Both the position numbers and the translations under genes were made by a program. A stretch of 64,000 bases of DNA. Source: Hadesarchaea archaeon. GTDB lineage: Archaea > Hadarchaeota > Hadarchaeia > Hadarchaeales > Hadarchaeaceae. Each line of letters opens with the position of its first letter. Within the stretch, counting starts at the first letter, position 1. Shown here piece after piece: positions 9,779 to 18,838 of the stretch. Under the pieces are notes generated by a model. The model did not search any database and was not told the origin of the DNA. It saw only the letters and a list, made by a program, of their open reading frames with translations. The stretch lies in the NCBI GenBank assembly GCA_029259175.1, contig JAPDJH010000009.1, positions 18,123-82,122 on the forward strand. The letters are read 5' to 3'.

Positions 9779-10239
9779 GGGCTGGATCCCTCCAGAAACT
9801 CGAGCACCCGCCTAACGGCGACTTCGGGCTTGGCCGGTCGGGCAACGACCTTCAGCTTGATGTGGATGGCATCCCCACTTTCGGTGAGTGCGAGCTCGCC
9901 CTGACACGCGCGCTGTTTGTCAAGCCGGATGTAAAGAATGCAAGAGGAGTCAACCCGCTGGCTGAGGGTGGCCCGCAGGCGATGCATATCAACGAGCTTC
10001 TCCGTTAGCTCCGACCAGAGCTCTTGGGTTTGTTTTTTGTTCAGTCGCGCACTGAGCACTTTGATCGGATTGCCGAAATGACCGGTGAGAGAAGCCGTCG
10101 CTACGGAAACCGACGGGGGGAGAAAAACGCCAATCGCTCTTCTCAGCTTGGCCTCGTCCTCAGTCGCGTGGACGAAGACCTTGACCGTGGCAGAGCTAAA
10201 AGGAAATCCGGGAGAGAGCACCGGCTCACCGACTGCCAC
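9775..10239 (-). CDS. Conserved archaeal exosome-superoperon protein (possibly DUF54-type RNA-binding)
   Basis: 154 aa. 'VKVFVHATEDEAKLRRAI...' Sits between rpl15e and pop5, where other archaea carry an RNase P/exosome-associated gene. Identity not resolved by eye. Confidence 0.35.
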   Translation of the reverse strand: MAVGEPVLSPGFPFSSATVKVFVHATEDEAKLRRAIGVFLPPSVSVATASLTGHFGNPIKVLSARLNKKQTQELWSELTEKLVDMHRLRATLSQRVDSSCILYIRLDKQRACQGELALTESGDAIHIKLKVVARPAKPEVAVRRVLEFLEGSSP

Positions 10240-10247
10240 CGATAGCT

Positions 10248-10802
10248 CTACTGGATTCTACCACGCGAGCGAACACTTGGTCTCAATCGCTCGGCGCCCT
10301 TGCCTTTCCGCAACAGACCGCGCATGCGCTTGCCGGCACGCGTGAGGCCACGAAACACGCGTCCGCGGTGCTGTTTTTCTGCGATCCACCCTAGCTCGGG
10401 GTCGTTTCTGATCGACGGGTGGTTCGGATCCAGCATTATCACCTCGTAGTACTCATGGGTACCACCGGAGGCCACATGATAGGAGTTGAGCACCTCCAGA
10501 TTTGGAAACTTTCGGGCCGCGCGCTCCTCCGCTATGAGCTGCAGACTCTTCCGAGGGGTGAGCTTGCGAACGCCCTGCCGCTTGGGCTTGCGCCCGAGAG
10601 TGGGACGCGATCGTCTCCTGCCGCCCTTCCGCACGCGTACGCGAACGACCACCACTCCCTGCTTGGCTTTGTAGCCTAGAGCTCTCGCCCGGCGTATGTT
10701 GGTGGGCTTGTCAATCCTAACAATCGCCGGGCCCTTTCGCCACTTGGGCAGGCGATCCCTCAACAGCTGTCTGCGCATCTCCAGAGATAACCGTTGCTTC
10801 AA
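10248..10802 (-). CDS. rpl15e: Ribosomal protein L15e (eL15)
   Basis: '[67 protein letters not shown]'. Confidence 0.85.
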   Translation of the reverse strand: MKQRLSLEMRRQLLRDRLPKWRKGPAIVRIDKPTNIRRARALGYKAKQGVVVVRVRVRKGGRRRSRPTLGRKPKRQGVRKLTPRKSLQLIAEERAARKFPNLEVLNSYHVASGGTHEYYEVIMLDPNHPSIRNDPELGWIAEKQHRGRVFRGLTRAGKRMRGLLRKGKGAERLRPSVRSRGRIQ

Positions 10803-11719
10803 CTCTTCTCACCCTGCAGAACTCCTCTCAACTTGGAGGCTATTATAAGTGCTGCTGCGCGCTGGGCCTCCACGGTGGACGCTCCGATGTGGGGAGTCAA
10901 AACGGTGTTCGTGCACTCGAGCAACGGGCTGCCCACCGGCGGCTCACGCTCGTATACATCCAGACAAGCTCCAGCAATCTGGCCGGATCGGAGGGCCCGC
11001 GCCAGTGCCCGCTCGTCCACCACCGCTCCACGGGAGGTGTTTATGAGAACAGCGGTCGGCTTCATCAAGGCCAGCTCTTTCTCCCCAATCATGTGCTTTG
11101 TTTCCGGAAGCAGGGGCACGTGAATCGTGACGAAGTCCGACTCTGCGAGCAAATGCTTCAGCTCCACATACTCTGCGCCGATTCTGGAAGCGAACTCTTG
11201 GTTGGGTTTGATGTCGAACAGCAGCAGCTTCATCCCGAAGGCCTTTGCACGCTCGGCAACGGCCTGACCGATCCGCCCGGTTCCGATGATTCCCAGTGTC
11301 TTTCCATGCAGCTCGGCCCCCTGAAGCTTTTTCTTCTCCCAGCGCCCCGCACGCATGCTAGCATCCGCCTGCGGGATTCTGCGAGCAAAGGCCAGCATGA
11401 GGGCGAACACCAGCTCTGCCACCGCAATGGCCGGAGCCTCCGGTGCATTGAGCACCACGATTCCACGCTTCTTGGCTGCTTCGACATCTATGTTGTCGAG
11501 CCCCACGCCCGCCCGCGCGATCACTTTGAGATTCGCACCACTCTCGATTACGCGGCGGGTGACCTTGGTGGCGCTCCGGACCACAAGCGCATCACAGTCT
11601 TTCACCTTCTGGACCAGCTCGTCCTCGGTCAGCCCGGTGCTCACCTCCACCTCGGCGAATTCTTGGATCGCGCGCAACCCGTCTTCATGAATTGGGTCTG
11701 TGATCAGCACTTTGGGCAA
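10799..11719 (-). CDS. D-isomer-specific 2-hydroxyacid dehydrogenase (SerA-like phosphoglycerate dehydrogenase without ACT domain)
   Basis: 306 aa. NAD-binding '[28 protein letters not shown]', catalytic region '...[10 protein letters not shown]'. Confidence 0.75.
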   Translation of the reverse strand: MPKVLITDPIHEDGLRAIQEFAEVEVSTGLTEDELVQKVKDCDALVVRSATKVTRRVIESGANLKVIARAGVGLDNIDVEAAKKRGIVVLNAPEAPAIAVAELVFALMLAFARRIPQADASMRAGRWEKKKLQGAELHGKTLGIIGTGRIGQAVAERAKAFGMKLLLFDIKPNQEFASRIGAEYVELKHLLAESDFVTIHVPLLPETKHMIGEKELALMKPTAVLINTSRGAVVDERALARALRSGQIAGACLDVYEREPPVGSPLLECTNTVLTPHIGASTVEAQRAAALIIASKLRGVLQGEKS

Positions 11720-11772
11720 CCAACCACCTCATTCTCTCGAACACCTTTCCTCTTTTAACTTTACCGAAGGGC

Positions 11773-12975
11773 TCATCTGCCCTTTGCGGCCACCACCCGA
11801 ATCACGTCGCCGTCTTGGAGCTGGTAGTCCTCGCCGAGCCTCCGCCGGCTCCTCGCGTCCACCGCATACAGGAAGGTCTCGCCGAGCTCGGTGTGTATGC
11901 GATAGGCGAATTCCCGAGCTGTGGTCCCGCGCGGCACCAAGAACGCGTCGGGAAGAACATTTCCCTTTTTGTCCGTAAGCTTGGTTTCGTCGTCAACCGG
12001 ATAGACCACTATCAGGCCTAACAAATCCCTAACGGCGCGGTCGATCACGTCCTGTACACCCGTTCCGCCCAAGCGATGCATCGCCTCTCGGATGTGCTGG
12101 AGGGCGCGCTTCTGCTCAGGAGACAGGACCTCCTCCTGACGGATCTGAAAATCCTTGCCACCCGGGGAGTACTCCACCAAGCCCTTCTCCGCAGCTCTCC
12201 TCAATGCGAGTTCGGCCTCGGCGATCGTGGGGATAACCAAATAACCCAATTCTTCGAGGCGCGGGATGTTCTCGGCGGCCGTCGGAAGATCCGCCTTGTT
12301 GGCAGCTATGAGTATTGGCTTGCTGAGCCTGCGGAGAACCGACACGAATCTCAGCAAATCATCGTCCGACCACCGCTCGGGATCCGATCGATCCACGCCC
12401 GATTGCTTCACCGCCTCCAACACGTGTGATTCTCGTATCCCGAGACCGGAGAAATTCTTCGCGATTTCTTTCACCAGATCCATCCGCTGGTACTTCATCT
12501 TCCGGGCAAAACTCTTCCAGTCTTTGGCCAGAATATCTCTCATCCAGAGATCGATCTCGCGTTCGAGAAAGCGCACATCAGTAACAGGATCGTGGCTGCC
12601 GGGTTCGCACGGCTTGCCCTCTCCGTCGGTCGCTCCAGCCGCATCAACTACGTGGATTAGTGCAGCGGCCATCCGGAGACTGTCAAGGAACTTGTTGCCG
12701 AGCCCCCGGCCCTCGTGAGCACCCTCGACCAGTCCCGCAACGTCGATTATGCGAATAGGCACATAGCGCACGCCGTCCTCACATTTCGAGTTCTGCGGGT
12801 TGCACTGCACTCCGAACTCCTTGCACGGGCATTTGGTCCTGTAATAAGTCACGCCCACGTTGGGATCGATAGTGGTGAACGGATATCCGGCCGTGGGGGC
12901 CTGGGCAAGAGTCACCGCATTGAAGAGCGTTGTCTTCCCGGTGTTTGGCTTCCCCACAATTCCGAGCTCTATCAC
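11773..12975 (-). CDS. Obg-like GTPase, Ygr210/PH0525 family with C-terminal TGS-like domain
   Basis: 'GIVGKPNTGKTTLFNAVT...YPFTTIDPNVGV' G1/G2 motifs, a Cys-rich insert (KCPCKEFGVQCNPQNSKCEDG), and a C-terminal 'DGDVIRVVAAKGR'. Confidence 0.7.
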   Translation of the reverse strand: MIELGIVGKPNTGKTTLFNAVTLAQAPTAGYPFTTIDPNVGVTYYRTKCPCKEFGVQCNPQNSKCEDGVRYVPIRIIDVAGLVEGAHEGRGLGNKFLDSLRMAAALIHVVDAAGATDGEGKPCEPGSHDPVTDVRFLEREIDLWMRDILAKDWKSFARKMKYQRMDLVKEIAKNFSGLGIRESHVLEAVKQSGVDRSDPERWSDDDLLRFVSVLRRLSKPILIAANKADLPTAAENIPRLEELGYLVIPTIAEAELALRRAAEKGLVEYSPGGKDFQIRQEEVLSPEQKRALQHIREAMHRLGGTGVQDVIDRAVRDLLGLIVVYPVDDETKLTDKKGNVLPDAFLVPRGTTAREFAYRIHTELGETFLYAVDARSRRRLGEDYQLQDGDVIRVVAAKGR

Positions 12976-13310
12976 TAAAGCTCGCCCCTATCGTAACACC
13001 CGGGTTTTCGCTTGGGTCCAAAGCTGCGCAAACCCTGCTCTACGAGCTGACGTCTGAGCCGGGCGGCGTATTCGGGAGTGATCTCTCCGCGCTGCTCCAA
13101 ATAGTTGATTATCTCCAGCGCCTGATCCTCGGTGTCGCACCGGCGGATGAACTCCACCGGGCCCGGCTCGTACCCGGAGTAACTGGAGGCTATACGCTCC
13201 CCCTCCTCGACGGAACTCCGAACGGATGAGATTCGGATGGTGCCCGATCCGCTGAGCTCTGCAGCGAGATGAGGAAAACGCCGCTTGAACTTCTCATCGA
13301 CTGGAATCAT
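12975..13310 (-). CDS. Conserved hypothetical small protein
   Basis: 111 aa, no recognisable motif. Lies between GTPase and GlmU-like genes on the same strand. Confidence 0.3.
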   Translation of the reverse strand: MIPVDEKFKRRFPHLAAELSGSGTIRISSVRSSVEEGERIASSYSGYEPGPVEFIRRCDTEDQALEIINYLEQRGEITPEYAARLRRQLVEQGLRSFGPKRKPGCYDRGEL

Positions 13311-13311
13311 C

Positions 13312-14595
13312 CTAGTCGCCGCCCCACTTCCGTCGATAAATCTTTGGCTTCATGTAAACAAAGGTGTTGGGCGGGATGTCCTCGTACACGTAGGTGCCCG
13401 GGCCCACCGCCGAGTTGGGACCGATCTTGACGCCCACGTTGATGGTGCAGTTGATTCCGGTCTTCACGTTGTCGGCGATTATGGTTCCGAGCTTTCGTCT
13501 TCCAGAACTCACGATTTTTCCTCCCACCTCCATCTTGATTGGACGCTCGTCCAAGCGGAGGTTGGCGATGGTGGTGCCGGCACCCAGATTGCAGTGGCTC
13601 CCGATCACGCTGTCCCCCACGTAGGAGAGATGGGCCACGTGGGTGTGGTCCATGATGATGGAGTTCTTGATCTCGACCCCGTTACCTATCCGGACGTTAT
13701 CACCTATGCTGGTAGCAGGGCGAATGTAGCAATTGGGGCCTATGTCGCAGTTTTTTCCGATGTAGGTGGGGCCCTGGATGTAGGAGCCGGAGCGGATCTG
13801 TGTTCCCTCACCCACATAGACCTCTCCCTCCAGAGTGACTCCCGGCTCGATCTTTCCGTGGATTTCCCCTTTCAGCTTCTGGAGGAAGTACTCATTCGCG
13901 ACCAGCAGATCCCATGGGCGTCCGATGTCAGCCCACAGGCTGAGGGGAGAGGTGTAAATCGAGCGCCCGCTCTTTATGAGAATATTCATGGAGTCGGTCA
14001 GCTCGTACTCGCCGCGCTTCGAAGGCTTGGTGCGCCTGATGGCGTCGAAGATGGCCGGATGAAAGATGTAGACCCCAGCGTTTGCGGTTCGGCTCCTGAT
14101 CCGCCTCGGCTTCTCGACGAGCTTGACGACCTTGCCGTCGCGCACCGTGACTATGCCGAACTGCTCGGGCTGGTCGACCTCGATGACCGCCATGAGGCCG
14201 CCGAAATCCCCATTGTCTTTGACCTCCCCGTAACGCTTGAGAAAGATATCGAGAGACTCCTGGTCGAAGAGGGTGTCGCCGTTGACCACCAGCGCGTGCT
14301 CTCCACCGACGAACTCCTCGGCGAGGGAAAGAGCGTCGGCGGTTCCACGCAGCTCCTTCTGTTCAAGGTAAGTGAGGTGGAGCTCCATCTGCGAACCATC
14401 ACCATAGCGCTCGATTATCTGCTCCTTGCCGAAACCGACGACGAGCGCGATCTCGCGGATTCCGGCGTTTTTAAGCAACAAAAGCACGTGGTCTAGGGCT
14501 GGCTTACCGGCAACGGGCAGAAGGAACTTGGGCTTGGTGAAGGTGAGGGGCCGCATTCGGGTTCCGAGGCCTGCGGCTAAGACCACCGCTTTCAC
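13312..14595 (-). CDS. glmU: Bifunctional sugar-1-phosphate nucleotidyltransferase / acetyltransferase (GlmU-like, archaeal)
   Basis: 'KAVVLAAGLGTRMRPLTFTKPKFLLPVAGKP' nucleotidyltransferase N-terminus plus long C-terminal hexapeptide (left-handed beta-helix) repeats. Start proposed at the GTG codon at 14593-14595. The ATG ORF extends to 14697. Confidence 0.7.
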   Translation of the reverse strand: MKAVVLAAGLGTRMRPLTFTKPKFLLPVAGKPALDHVLLLLKNAGIREIALVVGFGKEQIIERYGDGSQMELHLTYLEQKELRGTADALSLAEEFVGGEHALVVNGDTLFDQESLDIFLKRYGEVKDNGDFGGLMAVIEVDQPEQFGIVTVRDGKVVKLVEKPRRIRSRTANAGVYIFHPAIFDAIRRTKPSKRGEYELTDSMNILIKSGRSIYTSPLSLWADIGRPWDLLVANEYFLQKLKGEIHGKIEPGVTLEGEVYVGEGTQIRSGSYIQGPTYIGKNCDIGPNCYIRPATSIGDNVRIGNGVEIKNSIIMDHTHVAHLSYVGDSVIGSHCNLGAGTTIANLRLDERPIKMEVGGKIVSSGRRKLGTIIADNVKTGINCTINVGVKIGPNSAVGPGTYVYEDIPPNTFVYMKPKIYRRKWGGD

Positions 14596-14724
14596 GGATG
14601 TGCACCAAAAGGAATTGAAGGGGCTGTCTAATAAGGATGACCAGGCGAGCGAGGTTGAAAAATTTTTCAAGTGCTCCATTGAAAATCGTTTCAACAAGGA
14701 GGTTAAAGAAAATTCAACGAATTA

Positions 14725-16212
14725 ATGGATTTTTTCTCAAAAAACGCTTTTATAAGCGCTTTTTTGACCAAAAATGGTGCACACGTGTTCAGAACAATTG
14801 CAAAGATCTGGATTCTGGGGCTGATCTTGGCTTCGAGCGCCCTGCCCGCAGGCGGACAGCTCGAACGGAAGAACGTGGCGTTCGTTCAGGAGTTCGAGGG
14901 CTTCAAGCTCGTCGGACAGGTCGTGGATTCCGAAACAGGTGCGCCCATTCAGAGCGCGCTGATCAAGGCGGTGTTCAGCAACGGGCGAAAAGCGCTGAGC
15001 AGGAGCGACGCCCAGGGTCGGTTCGCGGTGGGCGTATGGGGAGAAGGGGAGACCTCGTACAGGTTGGAGATCTCGGCCCGGGGGTACGACTCCAAGACGA
15101 CGGAGGGGAGAGTAGTACTACACACGGCCGGAACGCACGATGTGGGCCAAATCGGACTTCACTACCATCCCTTCGACCTCTCGCTCTCGGAGCAGAGCAG
15201 ATCCCTGAGCAGGGAGCAGGGAGAGTCTTGGCCCAGCGTCGAGCTCACGGTCACCCTGGAGAACCGGAACGGGTACGACAACGCAGTCGAGCTCGGGGTT
15301 GAGGCCCCGGAGGGCATCGAAGCTGAGTTCGAAAACGCCAGGCTGCGCTTCCGCTCCCCTGTCTCGACCGTGCTCACGCTGACTCCCGGGAGCGCGCTGA
15401 GCTCGGGAACCTACACGGTGACGGTTAAGGCGTGCGACGCGTGGGGCAGGCTCGCGGCCAGCGCCTCATGCACGCTCACGCTCAGCACCCAAACCAAGCA
15501 AACGACCACGACGGGCGGATCCGGTGGCGGGTCGGGCTCCGGCGGCGGGTCGGACAGCTCCCCTCTGGTCATCAAGGTCGTGGACGCCGCGACCGGGAGC
15601 GGGATCTCGGGGGCGAGCGTGGTCCTGAAGCGGCAGGGGACGACCGAGGTGGTCGCGAGCGGGACGACCGGGCCGGACGGGACGGTGGAGTTCACCCCGC
15701 CGCGCGTGTGGGTGGACGCGTTCGTGAGCAAGTCCGGGTGGGTGGCGTACAACGCGTCCAGGCAGGCCGTGAGCACCGTGCACACATACTTCTACGCGGG
15801 GAGCGGGACGCGCACCTTCTACCTCTCGAACATCGGGGTGATAACCGGGCTGAAGGCGGAGCACACCACCCTCACCTTCACCCAAGTGAACGAGACTAAG
15901 CAAACCACCCTGACGGTTCAGGGGGACTACTCGAAGTCGGTGGACACGACCTACGACGTGTACTATTACCAAACCTACACCCCGAGGGAGGCGGTCTACC
16001 ACGTGTGGACCAAACCGACCTCGGTCTCGGGCTCCGGGCAGTCCTACACGTTCAAGGGGAAGTGTCTGGTCTGGCAGCCCCCGACGGGAATCAACTTCCA
16101 CCCGGGGGCGCACGGGTCCAGGCGCGTGGCGTGGAACTACTGGGGGTCGAGCTGGGCCGGCGAGCCGGGGGCGCAGACGACGGTGACGCTGAGGCAGAAG
16201 GAAGGATACTAA
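14725..16212 (+). CDS. Secreted/surface protein with two carboxypeptidase-regulatory-like (transthyretin-type) beta domains and a Gly/Ser linker
   Basis: 495 aa. N-terminal hydrophobic anchor. 'VVDSETGAPIQSALIKAV...DAQGRF' and 'IKVVDAATGSGISGASVVLK...TGPDGTVEF' domains. 'TTTGGSGGGSGSGGGSDSS' linker. Confidence 0.5.
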   Translation: MDFFSKNAFISAFLTKNGAHVFRTIAKIWILGLILASSALPAGGQLERKNVAFVQEFEGFKLVGQVVDSETGAPIQSALIKAVFSNGRKALSRSDAQGRFAVGVWGEGETSYRLEISARGYDSKTTEGRVVLHTAGTHDVGQIGLHYHPFDLSLSEQSRSLSREQGESWPSVELTVTLENRNGYDNAVELGVEAPEGIEAEFENARLRFRSPVSTVLTLTPGSALSSGTYTVTVKACDAWGRLAASASCTLTLSTQTKQTTTTGGSGGGSGSGGGSDSSPLVIKVVDAATGSGISGASVVLKRQGTTEVVASGTTGPDGTVEFTPPRVWVDAFVSKSGWVAYNASRQAVSTVHTYFYAGSGTRTFYLSNIGVITGLKAEHTTLTFTQVNETKQTTLTVQGDYSKSVDTTYDVYYYQTYTPREAVYHVWTKPTSVSGSGQSYTFKGKCLVWQPPTGINFHPGAHGSRRVAWNYWGSSWAGEPGAQTTVTLRQKEGY

Positions 16213-17423
16213 ACCATTCGGTCAACAAATGTGTAACCATTGAGTGGAACATTCTCAAATTCTTCGTAAAATTTCTCGATTAAATTCCAAGATTCATTGT
16301 CAAATTCACTAAGCTGAATCAAAACTTTAGTTGCGCCAATTCGTCCGGCTCCTGGTCCACCATGGGCTATGAGCGGACTCCCGTTCTCCTCCGGCTTCAG
16401 CGGGCGCACCCAGCGGTTCTCGCTCGGGATCCACCCGTAGCCCTCCGTCGCGTAGTCCCCGATCCGCACCTGGTTCTCGTTCTCCTCCGGGGCCAGGAAA
16501 ACCCCCTCCAGCACCACGGTCTCGCCGGGCTCCAAGGAACCGAGCGGGTGCCCCTCCTCGTCCAAGGTCGAAATCAGGGCTTTCGCCATTATGTTCTCGT
16601 CCTGGTATGGCTCCTCGACTGTCTTGAAGCGCAGAAACCTGGTTCCCTGTGTAATGACCCAGCGCCCGTTCTCGAACCGCTTTTCCAAGACTGTCTCATC
16701 TCCGCGCTCGATAGCAAGCCTCAACCATACCAGTCTGCTGTAGCGGTTGTTGCCGAGTTCGTTCGGATAGGTGGCCCAAACGGATGGACGCTCCCAGTAG
16801 AGAACGAGCGCCACTTCGTTTTCCTCGAGCCGGTACTCATACGCGTCCTCGTCGTACCAAGCCACGAACTCCCAGCGCTCCCCAGAGTAGACCTCCCGGA
16901 GGTGCTCCGCCTCCTCCGTGCCTTTAACTTTCCAACTCCACATCTGACTTCCCGGCCCAAACCTGTTGTCTGGAATTCCAACTGAGTAGTACCCAACGTG
17001 GGGCCAAGGGAGGTCGAGTTCAAGGCCGCTCAGCACCGGGTCCCCCTCCTCGCCCGCGTACGTGAACGCGCTCACGAAGTGGAAGGGCACCCAGCCCTCG
17101 GGGACGTTCTCGGGGGCGGAGACGGGGGCCGGCTCCCAGCCCGGGATCCCTGCTCCCGCGCTCCACCACACCCAGAGCGCACCCGCGAGCGCGCACGCCG
17201 TCGCGACCGCCGCGCTCCGCTTCGGAGTTCCCGGGCCGAACCCCGCGCTCGCAAACCAGGCGATTCCCAGGACGGCCGCGGCCTGGGCCCACCGCGGGAG
17301 CTCCCCGAACCCCGGGACGAGCGGGAGGAGGAAAAAGGCCGCGAGCCCGGCGACCGCGAAGATCACCGCCACCAAGAACACAGCCGCGACGCGCCAGTTC
17401 ACGGCAGACCCCTCCTCAACCAC
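16209..17423 (-). CDS. Membrane protein, hypothetical (N-terminal TM helices, large C-terminal domain)
   Basis: 404 aa. Four N-terminal hydrophobic helices, then a Trp/Tyr/Glu-rich soluble domain. Convergent with the secreted protein gene, 4 nt overlap. Confidence 0.45.
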   Translation of the reverse strand: MVEEGSAVNWRVAAVFLVAVIFAVAGLAAFFLLPLVPGFGELPRWAQAAAVLGIAWFASAGFGPGTPKRSAAVATACALAGALWVWWSAGAGIPGWEPAPVSAPENVPEGWVPFHFVSAFTYAGEEGDPVLSGLELDLPWPHVGYYSVGIPDNRFGPGSQMWSWKVKGTEEAEHLREVYSGERWEFVAWYDEDAYEYRLEENEVALVLYWERPSVWATYPNELGNNRYSRLVWLRLAIERGDETVLEKRFENGRWVITQGTRFLRFKTVEEPYQDENIMAKALISTLDEEGHPLGSLEPGETVVLEGVFLAPEENENQVRIGDYATEGYGWIPSENRWVRPLKPEENGSPLIAHGGPGAGRIGATKVLIQLSEFDNESWNLIEKFYEEFENVPLNGYTFVDRMV

Positions 17424-18517
17424 TCTCTGAAGAAAACGTCGTGTATCCTGCCCTCATCAAGCACCCCTTTGTGCTCAAGCGATTTAACCACGCGCTGTAC
17501 GTGGGACTGCGTTTTCAGCCCGTACCGCTCCACGAAATCGCTGGAGAAAATCGATACGCCCTCTTCCGCCGCAAGCCCCCTCAAAAATCTCCGCTGGAGC
17601 GGCGTCAGGTGATCCATCAGGTCCAAGTAGTTCTTCTGCTCGTGTGCTATGATCCTGTCGACGGCTTCCCGCACCTGAGACTCGCCCGTAACCTTTCTCG
17701 AGCTGAACCAGAGCTCGTAGCAGAGCTGCTGGGTGTAGTACGGGTGGCCGCCCGTCAAATCCAGTATGGCGTCCAGCGCCTCATCGCTTATCCGCCCGCC
17801 GGTCTTCTCGAACTTGTTGGCGATGAACTGCTTGAACTCCTGCCTGGGGATGGGGCCGAGCTCCATGGGCTTGCTGAACCTGTAGAAAGGCCTGCTCTCA
17901 TCACTGAACATGCGTGTCAGGATGTGACGCTTGCTCCCCATGAACACGTACGTGACGTTTCTGTGGCGCTGGAACTTCGACCTCATCAGCTTCTCGATAG
18001 CAGTCCCATTCAGATCGGACACGTCTTGGAATTCGTCGAACGCGAGCACCATGCGTCTGCCCTTCTTGCCCGCGAAGCTCTCTGCGAAATCGAGGGCTTC
18101 CCCGAGTTCCTCGTCGGTAATGTCTCTGGCCATCTCGAGCTTGACGTTCCCTTCCGGCGTGAAAACCACGCTGACCCTCAGACTCTTGAAGAACCCGGGC
18201 AGCTCGAGCACTGCCCTCTTTAACCTGTCCAGTTTGGTGTAGGCCGAGTTCACGATCGTCTCGATGATCCTTGTGGCCAGCGCGCGTTTTGAGTCCACGG
18301 CCGACACGTCAACCCGGGCGTGGTAGACATCCTTTCCCAACCGCGAGAACAGTTCCTCGACCAGCGAGCTCTTCCCCATCAGCCGCGGTGAGTAGAGAAC
18401 CACGCTTTTTCCAGACAGCAGGTCGCGTTTCAGCTCCTCGAGTTCCCGCTTCCGGTTGACAAAGTTCGCCCCCGTAACAATGGGCCCGTAAACGAACGGA
18501 TTCCTCATTTTATACAC
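17399..18517 (-). CDS. Archaeal AAA+ ATPase (Arch_ATPase family) with C-terminal wHTH (DUF234-like)
   Basis: 'NRKRELEELKRDLLSGKSVVLYSPRLMGKSSLVEEL' Walker A, 'RMVLAFDEFQ' Walker B, C-terminal 'RFLRGLAAEEG...VKSLEHKGVLD'. Confidence 0.65.
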   Translation of the reverse strand: MYKMRNPFVYGPIVTGANFVNRKRELEELKRDLLSGKSVVLYSPRLMGKSSLVEELFSRLGKDVYHARVDVSAVDSKRALATRIIETIVNSAYTKLDRLKRAVLELPGFFKSLRVSVVFTPEGNVKLEMARDITDEELGEALDFAESFAGKKGRRMVLAFDEFQDVSDLNGTAIEKLMRSKFQRHRNVTYVFMGSKRHILTRMFSDESRPFYRFSKPMELGPIPRQEFKQFIANKFEKTGGRISDEALDAILDLTGGHPYYTQQLCYELWFSSRKVTGESQVREAVDRIIAHEQKNYLDLMDHLTPLQRRFLRGLAAEEGVSIFSSDFVERYGLKTQSHVQRVVKSLEHKGVLDEGRIHDVFFREWLRRGLP

Positions 18518-18518
18518 T

Positions 18519-18566
18519 TCTGTATAATACGGATGTGTATAGGAATATTTATACTTTTTGGTCTAG
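18519..18566. promoter_or_regulatory. AT-rich divergent promoter region with inverted repeat TATACA-N4-TGTATA upstream of the AAA ATPase gene
   Basis: 'tttaTACACttctGTGTAtaatacggatgtgtataggaatatttatacttttt' read directly. The surrounding genome is ~60% GC. Confidence 0.3.
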
Positions 18567-18838
18567 TGGTCGTCTTGCGCCTCCAAAAGCTGGACCAACT
18601 CGAGAAGTTCTACGAGCGGCCAAATCCGGTGGGCGGTATCATAGCTGAGAGGAACCCGCGGTCTCAATAACCGGAAAGGTTTTGCACGCGCCCTCCATCC
18701 CCGCCAACAAAGCGCCCGCGCCTGCCAAGTGGTCAGAACAGCAGAAAGGAGCTTTGATCCTGACCGTCACCCTAGAGAACCACAACGGGTGCGACTACTA
18801 GCCAAAACCGCCGACTCTTCAGCCGGAACGGTGCCGCA

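Noticed and set aside
13285-14496. 403-aa plus-strand ORF (and many similar: 10889-11758, 15466-16113, 17441-18223, 19208-19981, 20713-21666, 48539-49693, 55961-56266, 57123-57755)
   Set aside because: Each lies antisense to, or in an alternate frame of, a gene with strong homology. Their translations are Arg/Ala/Gly/Pro-rich low-complexity sequence typical of spurious ORFs in ~60% GC DNA.
15507-15560. GGC/GGG/TCG-rich repetitive stretch
   Set aside because: It encodes the Gly/Ser linker (GGSGGGSGSGGGSDSS) of the secreted protein. It is not a CRISPR or other DNA-level repeat array.
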